From: Chlorokybus atmophyticus
Taxonomy: Eukaryota > Plantae > Mesostigma and Chlorokybus algae
Assembly: GCA_009103225.1 (NCBI GenBank)
Contig: RHPI01002262.1
Location: 124,001 to 188,000, forward strand
Reading direction: 5' to 3'
Length of the DNA stretch: 64,000 bases
The notes under the pieces were generated by a model. That model was not told the origin of the DNA, did not search any database, and saw nothing but the letters and a program-made list of their open reading frames with translations. Made by a program: the position numbers and the translations under genes. Below are positions 52,427 to 61,681 of this stretch, piece by piece. Position 1 is the stretch's first letter, and every line of letters starts with the position of its first letter.

Positions 52427-54296
52427 CACACCGATTGACAACAAAGGACCATAAATGGTCCGTACCCTCGAACCGGGATTTTCCCCTGCTAAGTGAATTC
52501 CGTGGACCATGTCTGGTCGGACTGTCATTGACAGTCCGACCATGCATGGTCCAAAACTCACGTGAACGGTCCCATGTTTTTTTGGGGTCGCACCATGTCT
52601 GGTCCGGCCTGTTTACGGTCGCGTCAGGACCAGGTACGAGCCAGTCAGCGGACCAGGGACTTAACAAAAACATTTATTTCACAATCATTACTGGTCCGGC
52701 CAGCGGACCACCGACCGCAATATTTATTTATAAGCATCAGATGTAATGCAAATGACGGAAAAGTGCTCTATCTTGAGCCGGCAGCACCGGCCACGCCCGA
52801 CCTGCGGGGCCGCAGGCTGCAGCGCACGAGGCCGCGGCGTCTTAGAAATGGTTAGTGACGAGATCATGCATCCACCGAGAGTCGAACCCAAGACCTTTGG
52901 AATACAAACACGACACCCTAACCACTAAGCTACATGTGCACGTACCGGTAGGGACGGTGCAGTACTTGCATAATATACTGTACCTACGGCCGCTTGGCGG
53001 CGGCGGCGGAACTGTCGGCGGCGGAAATTGCACAGGAAGTTGGCGTTGTGAATTGACAGGCCCATAGCCAGTGCATGCGCTATCAATGTGCATAGGCTGT
53101 ACCAGTATTAATCCACGGTATCACATTATTTTACGTCATTATTGATGACACAGGCAGCCGCAACTCGGCGGCTGCCAAGGTGTGTAAACTACAATGCTTT
53201 GTTGGGGGCTGTTCATGAGTATGTAACCTTGTTTGGGGTTGTGAATATCCTGGTTGCGTGCGCATACACACACCTACATGTGTACATATGTAAACATTCG
53301 TGTATAAATACATATACACGTTTACATGATATAATTACGAAACGACGAGCATTGCGGCACTAATGTAGGTATTTAATGGCTGATTGGACACCATGTTTGG
53401 TCGGGGCTGTCAATCATTCTGCGGTCTCATACGAGGCTATTTTAATAAGTGATGTGATTTATGTATACTTCTTAACGTATGTTTACATGAGACATACCTT
53501 GTACACGGCTCACCCCATAATACGGCTGATATAGCCATTTAAAATGCGTATAAGATATAGATCCATTTGTGCACACGCTAATATTCATATATTTGTATTA
53601 AATGATATATATTCAATGTTCATATATACGTAGATACTGAGATAAACGCATAGAACATGTTAATGGTGCATGTTCACAAATTTTTGCAAATACACGTACG
53701 GTGCTATGAAGTATGTTAATTGCATAGACAGCCCCTTACAGCTTAGTTGACAGCCGGCCGGCTGTCAATCAGCCGCCGACCATTTGCGGCTATCCACTTG
53801 CGGCTGTCCACGGTGTATAGCCGACAGTCGGTGCGGCTGTCGGCTATACACGCCGTCAATTAACACGTTAAGTGCTCTTGTGCAATCAGGCAGTTGGGCA
53901 AATCATTGTACCTTAAGTAGGTTGTTGCTACGTACTCATGACAGCGGCAGGGCCGCGGTCACTGGTCCGTGCTGCACCGTACATAGAGCGGCGCGGACCG
54001 TGCGGCACCATGTACGGTGCATGCTAATAGGGCCACAGAACTGCGGGACCGCACCTGGTCCGCATTCAAGGGCCAGCGTACAGTACTGGTTCGTGCCGCA
54101 CCATGGATGGTGCGGCACGGACCATGCGTGGTGCGCGTCGCCGCGCCAGCCATTCACGGGCCGCGGGGCCCCGAACGGACCAGGAACGGTCCGTCCTCTG
54201 CAGACCAGGCAGTCCTGGCCCGCGGGGTACGGACTATGCATGGTCCGCGGGGTCCGTGAAAGGACCATGCATGGTCCTTCAACGTCAAGCCGTGTG
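52427..54296. mobile_element. Non-autonomous CACTA/CMC-like element, family B, copy 1 (1870 bp)
   Basis: Imperfect 25-bp TIRs starting CACAC, 3-bp TSD GTG, dense subterminal GGACC/GGTCC repeats. Aligns to 59709-61681. Confidence 0.92.
52867..52939 (-). pseudogene. tRNA-like sequence (73 nt) inside family B copy 1
   Basis: A-box TAGCTTAGTGG and B-box GGTTCGACT at tRNA spacing. The acceptor and anticodon stems are mismatched, so it is probably not a functional tRNA. Confidence 0.65.
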
Positions 54297-55441
54297 GTGC
54301 GGAAGGAGGCAGCCACTCAGCTTGGACAATACCAACACATGACAAGGTACGCGCGTTTGTTGCAGGGTATGCCTTTGTGTCGCGCCTCTCCATTCCTTTA
54401 TCCAACATTCTACTTCAAGCACTGCCTCGGGCAGCTGCACACCACTCATGAGCCTGCAAGCCTCCTTGTGCTGCCCTCGGGGCAAAGCCGAGGAGAGCTT
54501 GTTGCCGTCCAGGCATGGCCTGTGACGTGCTCTGCATGGCCATGCTTAATGTTTATTCACCGGCACAGGTGTTTCCAAACCAACCTTGCCATAGCCGCTC
54601 CCCAATGGTGGAGACAAGGCCAAAGGAGCTGCACCTGCAAGTGGCGTGGTCAACGCCACCAACAATGGCAGCAACAATAACCACAATAGCAAGGAAGCCG
54701 CTGCCGGCAACAACAGAGGGTGGCGTAGATACCAAGACAGGAAGGCGTGAGTAGTATAGGACGGAACTCCTGTGTATAAACCCGTGTGCAATCAATTTTA
54801 TTGTTGTTGTCTTATAGCATGTGATTGCTTGAGATTGGTGCATGAACTGTGTGTTTGCGCACTTGTTTACTGTTGTGTCTCATCCCAGCGTGCACGAGCC
54901 AGTCGCAAGTGCTGCGCTACCATCAGCTGATTCACCTGGCGATGCCTCCGCGGAATGCATGGTCACCAGCACACACTTCTCACTTCCCTTTCAAGCACAA
55001 AGAAGCACGCAGTCAATGCGCACCCAGCAGCTTGCAAGTGCAAACGCACGAGTGCGTAGTGCTGATTCGCTGGCCCCGCACAGCACCCAAGATGAGCACG
55101 AGGACGAAGCAGACTTTGAGGCGTGCCATCAGTTGAATGCGCAGCCTCATGCACACAACGCTGCATTCTGGCAACCAGCACGCGCGTGGCCTGCGCCGCG
55201 GCAGCACCATCCGTGGTCGGAAGAGCTGCAGACAGCGATTGTGCAAGTTGTGCTGGACAAGCTTGAGAGAGTGGGGGATGAGCCCGAGCTGCCTCTATGT
55301 TGTCGGAGGACAGCTGGCGAGTACAGCTCAGCGCTTTCATGCACGATGCCGGTAACTTCTTAGCTGCAGGGCCACGAGCGCACTCGCATGCATGGCAGCT
55401 ATGGCTGCACGCTACCAAGCACCCAATGGCGTCGCAAGTGA

Positions 55442-57288
55442 TTGAGTTGGCTCAGCTCTGGCTACCCCTTGCATTTTCAAGGGACTGCAACAGCTCCGGA
55501 GCAGAAGTTACGACAGGTGCAGTTGCTGCTGTGCTCAGAAGGTTGGTCGCATGCTCGCATCCGTGCTGCCCTGCGCGCATCAGCGCCTCCGCCTATTGCA
55601 TTGCGCAATCGTGCCTCGTTGGAAGAGCACAAGGAGTTTGTGGTGGAGGAGCTTACCACGCTGGTGCGCACGGGGGTTATCACCCTGGTGCCAACCAATG
55701 CAGCAAAGCAGGTGATCTCGGGCATGGGGGTGATAGTTATGAGCAAGAAACGTTTGGTGGTGGATCTTCGCTACGTCAACCTCTTCCTCGCACACATACC
55801 TTTCCACTACGAGCGCTTAACGGACATGTTACACTACACCCAAGGAGCATGGCAAGCTTTGACTTGAAAAGCGGATAACACCACATTCCCATCCGCGCAC
55901 GTGACACCAATTCCTTGTGCGTCGCATTTGAAGATCAGGTGTTCAAATGGAACGTGCTCCCCTTTGGACTGAATCAAGCACGGTATGCATTTACAATGGT
56001 GCAGCTTGGCATTCACAAGCCATTGCGAAGTGCGGGCATTGGCACCCTCAGCTACATAGACGACATGCACATGGCGCATCGCAACAAAGGGCATCTACTA
56101 TGGCGTATTGAGCTGATCATGCAGCTCTGTGCGGCACTGCGCGAGTTCTTTGGACTGCCTAAGCGCAATGCTTTCCCCACCATGCGCTTGCAGCTGCTGG
56201 GGCTCATTGTGGACTCGCAAGTGGGCGCGTTCTAGGTGCCCAAGGCCAAGCTTGAGGACCTCTACATGCTGCTTAACGACACGCTGGCGCGCCCAATGCT
56301 CACCAACAGAATGCTGGCGCGCGTAGTAGGCAAGCTAATCAGCCTACGCTTGGCCGTTCCTCCGGTGCTGCTATTTGCTAGGTCGCTCATGGAAGTAATA
56401 AACTACGCCAACACTTGGTAAGCACCGTTTGCAGCGCCGGCCATCACAAATGAGTTCATTGCATGTTTGCGATCAGCCTTGCGGACGTACACAGCCAGCG
56501 CTTGGTGGAGACCGCCTAGCTCCATTCTGCTGCGCGCAGATGCATCAGGAGAGAAGGGTTGGGGTGCGGTGACACCATGGGGCCACGTGCAGGGCAACTT
56601 CACGCCAGTTGAGCTGGAGCTGTCCTCGGCAGTCAAGAAAGGGCTGGCGTATGTTACCGTGGTCATAGAGGCAGCTCTCCGCTTCCCAAACCTGCGCCAC
56701 ACAACCGTCATGCTTGAAGGCGACTGTCAACCAGCCCTACAAGCTCTCTCCAAGCTGGTCTCCCCTTCGCCTTACCTAAGTGCCCTGCTCTATAAGCTGT
56801 GGGGAGTGCTCAGAGCCAGGGATCTCCACTTGCGTTGCTTGTGTGTGTGTGTGTGTGTGTGTGAAGCAACGCAAGTGGAGATCCGCGCGAGCGGCTGCAA
56901 TTGGAGGATTGGCTCTCCAAAACCGCGGATGCGGGCGATTGGGCCCTGCGTGCAACAACGTGTGATAGCGCGATGGGGTGCACCGACTGTAGACATGTTT
57001 GCTTTGGAGATCAATACCGTTGCTCCCGCCTTCTTCTCCGCTTGTAACAGCCCGGGCTCGAGTGGCAACGCTCTCACCTCCGGTTTGGACTGCGCCCCGC
57101 GCGGCCTCTTGTGGGTCCTCCCGCCCTTGGCCCTGCTGGGCACGGCAGTACGGTTGGTTGCGCACGCTCAACGTGATTGCGTATTGGTTGTGCCACAATG
57201 GGCACAGAAACCTTGGTGGCCACAAGTTCTGGGGCTACCTATTCATGAGTCCATGCTACTTCATGCACACCCAGCTTTGTTTGTGTAG
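55442..57288 (+). pseudogene. DIRS-type reverse transcriptase, RNase H and DAM-like methyltransferase domains, disrupted
   Basis: KRLVVDLRYVN, DLKSGYHHI, LPFGL and YIDD (RT); LRADAS...LEGDCQ (RH); VDMFA...WVLPP...LVVPQWAQKPWWP (MT-like). Frameshift near 55860 and stops at 56233 and 56419. Confidence 0.92.
56820..56884. repeat. Perfect 21-bp inverted repeat enclosing a (GT)n loop
   Basis: ggatctccacttgcgttgctt, 23 nt of GT repeat, then aagcaacgcaagtggagatcc. Confidence 0.95.
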
Positions 57289-58484
57289 GGTAGGAGAGTG
57301 CCTGCGCACATCCCTAGCCCAGGCAAATACCCGCATATGGCATTCCATTTAGTGTTTACCTGATTGGACGGGCACAAGTAGTGCCGCACCATGGCCTCAG
57401 TTCGCCACAAACCATGTTGTTGTAGCTTTGCCATGGTCATGCCTTGTCTTTGACCATGCTGCACACCGCCTCATCTGAAACTATGCAGCGTCACATGTGG
57501 CTTGTCAATGCCGCTAGCCAGCATGTGTTTGCGTAGCGCCTTGCTGGCCGCGGCAGCTTGTAGAGGTCCGTCCAGCCACCTCCTTTTGCTTCGATGCATG
57601 CCATGGAAAACATAACCCGTGTCAAGCTCCATGTTGTGCTGGCGCGCACACTCTACAAATTGCCCCACCTCCTTGTGCATGTCAAAAGCAATGCCACCAT
57701 GCGTGAGTGTGATGGCCCGGGGCAGCATGTCCTTCCAGTTCTTGAGCACCCCTGTGCGGACTTGTAAGCCCGCTTCTGTTTGATGTAATTGGTTTAGCTG
57801 CAGCTGGCACGCTTCGCCGCCTTTCTGCCAACTACACCACAGATACCTAAACAGTAAGTGGTCCCGCATAGGAAGCAGCACTTCAGGCCCGCTTGTGGCC
57901 TGCACTTGTGCGTCCAAGTGAGTTGAAAGCGTGCGAATGTCGCTCACTATCAGTGGCTCAGCTTGCTGAGGTTGTACACCAGCCTCGACAACCCCTCGTT
58001 GATACGCTTTTACGTATTCTAAAACTTCGGGTGCTCGGCAAGGATTGTCAGCAGCCAGAATGCTATCCCATGCGCTTCCCCTCCCGATTCTAACAAAGCC
58101 GTTGGTCAAGCTGGTCAGCATATTGTGAAGGGACTTAACAGCTGATTGCTGTCTTCCGGTGGCGTTAGCGCATCGGGCACGAACACAGTGCTTGGGCAAC
58201 CAGTACGAATGGACGTACGCCCGCACATAATGTGGGCCCACATTGGTGACGCTCTCGCTGTGCTGCTGCACGTGCTGCGCAAACTCTCGCCACACGGTGC
58301 ACCACGCGCGACGATGCCTCTCGCCAGTACCCGGCTGCCTACATGTGAATAAGCAATCGTATGAAGAAAGCGCTGCTGCATGGCTGTGTTGACAGTCGCA
58401 GGGGCATAATTTGCATGGCCGAGGTCTGCTACTTGCAAGCTGCAACCATAGTGCTCCACTACTTGCCCAAACCCAGCCCTGCAA
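57261..58484 (-). pseudogene. Tyrosine recombinase of the DIRS-like element, antisense to RT
   Basis: NPCRAPEV...AEPL, RDHLLFRYLWCSWQKGGE, TLHSFR*GG, GLW and VRHY. One internal TGA after HSFR; Lys at the usual first catalytic Arg position. Confidence 0.88.
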
Positions 58485-58504
58485 ACAAATTTAGCAGTAA
58501 CATT

Positions 58505-59375
58505 GGGCTGACCGTGCTGTGTTATCCCTCTGAGGATGAGCAGCTCAACGGCTGCTCTGTACTGCCAAATTTGTGTGAGCTGAGCAACGTTGATACACAC
58601 AATAAAAAGCATGCAACAACAAAGTTATTAACGTCTATTGCTAGATGGCTACATCAAGCAGCGACTCTGCATGTTCAAGCATGCTGAACAGCCTGCCCAT
58701 TGGCTGAGCATCGCAATGGGCCTACCGCTTAGCTTCTCAGCAACAATAGCCGTTGAGGAGCTGAGCACGTGCACATGCAGCACTAGAAGTGCGGCGTATT
58801 GAAAGACCGCACAAGAGCTTACCTCTCTACCGCCCAGGGCTGGCTCAACGGCAATGTGACAAATGCCTCCGCCGCCGCTGAAGAGCCAGCCCGCTGAGCT
58901 AGCTCAGGCTGCTTCATGGCAGCCAAAGGCCAGCCTTGTACAACCTCCCTCTCCATAACCTCCAGCAGGGCAATCTCCCCGCCGCCGTCGTTGTTGTTGT
59001 TGTTCACAGCGCCCTTGGCGCTAACATTTGTTGCTTTGAACGCTATTTGACCCACCCACCCAACCCGAAGGGCCTGGGGGGCTCGCGCGAACCAACATGA
59101 TCGCCCATCAGCCGTCCGTTTATGACCACAAACGGACGGCTGTGCGCACGCGACACGTGTCTGGGTGCCACCGTTCGATCAGTTCCGTTGAACTAGTCAC
59201 GGGGCTGACCGTGCTGTATTGTCCCTCTGAGGATGAGCAACTCAACGGCTGCTCTGTACTGCTATATCTGTGTGAGCTGAGCAACGTTGATAAACTCAAT
59301 AAAAAGCATGCAACAATAATGTTATTAACGTCTATTGCTAGATGGCTACATCAAGCAGCGACTCTACATGTTTAA
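58505..59375 (+). repeat. B1-A2-spacer-B2 terminal repeat block of the DIRS-like element
   Basis: B1 58505-58678, A2 58671-59050, B2 59202-59375. B1 and A2 overlap by ATGTTCAA. Confidence 0.9.
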
Positions 59376-59708
59376 CGCATGTGCTAGTACAAATCATAAC
59401 GCATGCAAGTAGCAGCCTTTTCTACATGTACTTGCTTGCTTCGCGGCTTGCTACTAGCAAGCCGCAGGGCAAGCCATAGATAGGCCGCAGGGTTGAACTT
59501 GGCAATGATGAGGTCATACAATCATTAGGGTTTATAACTGTGTGTAAAGTAATAATCGTAACACACACCTTGATAAGCCTTAACAAGGTATGTGTTACTG
59601 AGTATATATGCTCGTACTATTCATGGAACCGATCACAACGTACATGATTATCACAAATTGGGATAAATTGTGACAGACCTCACTCATGGTAGTGTCTTTT
59701 ACTACCAT

Positions 59709-61681
59709 CACACCGATTGACGTCAAAGGACCATAAATGGTCCGTACCCTCGAACCGGGATTTTCCCCTGCTAAGTGAATTCCGTGGACCATGTCTGGTC
59801 GGACTGTCATTGACAGTCCGACCATGCATGGTCCAAAACTCACGTGAACGGTCCCATGTTTTTTTGGGGTCGCATCATGTCTGGTCCGGCCTGTTTACGG
59901 TCGCGTCAGGACCAGGTACGAGCCAGTTAGCGGACCAGGGACTTAACAAAAACATTTAGTTTAAGAATCATTACTGGTCCGGCTAGCGGACCATTGACCG
60001 CAATATTTATTCATAAGCATCAGATGTAATGCAAATGACGGAAAAGTGCTCTATCTTGAGCCGGCAGCACCGGCCACGCCCAACCTGCGGGACCGCAGGC
60101 TGCAGCGCACGAGGCCGCGGCGTCTTAGAAATGATTAATGAAGAACGCATGCATCTACCGAGAGTCGAACCCAAGACCTTTGGAATACAAACACGACACC
60201 CTAACCACTAAGCTACATGTGCACGTACGGTAGGGACGGTGCAGTGTTTGCATCATAGACTGTACCGACGGCCGCTTGGCGACTGTCGGCGGCGGAAACT
60301 GCACAGGAAGTCGGCATTGTGAATTGACAGGCCCATAGGCAGTGCATGTGCTATCAATGTGCATCGGCTGTACCAGTATTAATTAACGGTATTACGTTAT
60401 TTTAGGTTATTATTGATGACACAGACAGCCGCAACTCGGCAGCTGCCAAGGTTTGTAAAATACAATGCTTTGTTGGGGGCTGTCCACGAGTATGTAACCT
60501 TGTTAGGGGTTGTCAACATCCTGCTTGCGTGCGCATACACACATCCACATGTGTATATATGTAAGCATTCGTGTATATAGTATTTATATCATGTAAACGT
60601 ATATATACGTTTACATGATATAAACATTAATTATATTTATATAATGTAAAGATTGATGATATTTATATAATGTAAACGTATATATACGTTTACATGATAT
60701 AAATATCAAAACCGCATTGCGGCACCAACGTAGGTATTTACTAGCTGGTTGGACACAATGCTTGGTCGGGGCTGTCAATCATTCTGCGGTTTCATAAGAG
60801 GCTATTATAATAAGTGACATCATTTATGTATACTTCTTGTACGTATTTTTATATGAGACATACCTTATAGGCGGCTCAACCTAAATACTACTGATATAAC
60901 CATTAACCTGCGCTTCTATGCGTGTAAGATTAGATTCATTTGTGCACACGCTCTCATATACATATATATATATATATATATATGTAGATTGTATGATATA
61001 TACAATGCATTAACGTATATACATGTATAATGTTCATACATACGTAGATACTTAAACTTAGATAAATGCATAAAATTTGTTAATGGTGCGTGTCCACAAA
61101 TTTTTGCAACTACACGTACGGTACTATGAAGTATGTTGATTGCATAGACAGCCCCTTACAGCTTAATTGACAGCCGGCCGGCTGTCAATCAGCCGCCGAC
61201 CATTTGCGGCTATCCACTTGCGGCTGGCCACGGGTGTATAGCCGACAGTCGGTGCGGCTTGTCAATTAACGCGTTAAGTGCACTTGTGCAATCAGGCATT
61301 TAGGCAGTCTATTGTACCTTACGTAGGTTGTTGCTACCTACTCATGATAGCGGCAGGGCCGCGGTCACTGGTCCGTGCCGCACCGCACATGATGCGGCGC
61401 GGAACGTGCGGCACTATGTACGGTGCGTGCTAGTACAATACTGTAGGGCCACAGGACTGCGGGACCGCACCTGGTCCGCATTCCAGGGCCAGCGTACATT
61501 ACTGGTCCGTGCCGCACCATGGATGGTGCGGCACGGACCATGCGTAGTGCGCGTCGCCGCGCCAGCCATTCACGGGCCGCGGGGCCCCGAATGGACCAGG
61601 AACGGTCCGTCCCCTGCGGACCAGGCAGTCCTGGCCCGTGGGATACGGATCATGCATGGTCCTGCAACGTCAAGCCGTGTG
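59709..61681. mobile_element. Non-autonomous CACTA/CMC-like element, family B, copy 2 (1973 bp)
   Basis: CACAC...GTGTG termini and a 3-bp TSD CAT. The empty site is visible in the sister LTR (ttactaccatagcc at about 62090-62103). Confidence 0.93.
60150..60222 (-). pseudogene. tRNA-like sequence (73 nt) inside family B copy 2
   Basis: Near-identical to 52867-52939. Confidence 0.65.

Larger units (their letters stand above)
49483..54680 (+). pseudogene. ORF1 (gag-like) of the DIRS-like element, interrupted by two CACTA-like insertions
   Basis: Removing each insertion plus one TSD copy restores the frame: ...AVPPS|PTFVMPSLG... and ...LLDFYTEV|RKEAATQLG.... The gag assignment rests on position only. 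Confidence 0.6.
48617..59375 (+). mobile_element. DIRS-order (PAT/kangaroo-like) tyrosine-recombinase retrotransposon with split direct repeats A1...B1-A2-B2, decayed
   Basis: A1 48617-48996 matches A2 58671-59050 (380 bp each). B1 58505-58678 matches B2 59202-59375 (174 bp each). ATGTTTAA lies at both ends. Contains gag-like, RT/RH/MT and YR coding remnants. Confidence 0.9.

Noticed and set aside
58330-58484. Possible intron in the antisense recombinase gene
   Set aside because: An acceptor-like TAG exists, but no matching donor was found; a frameshift explains it equally well.
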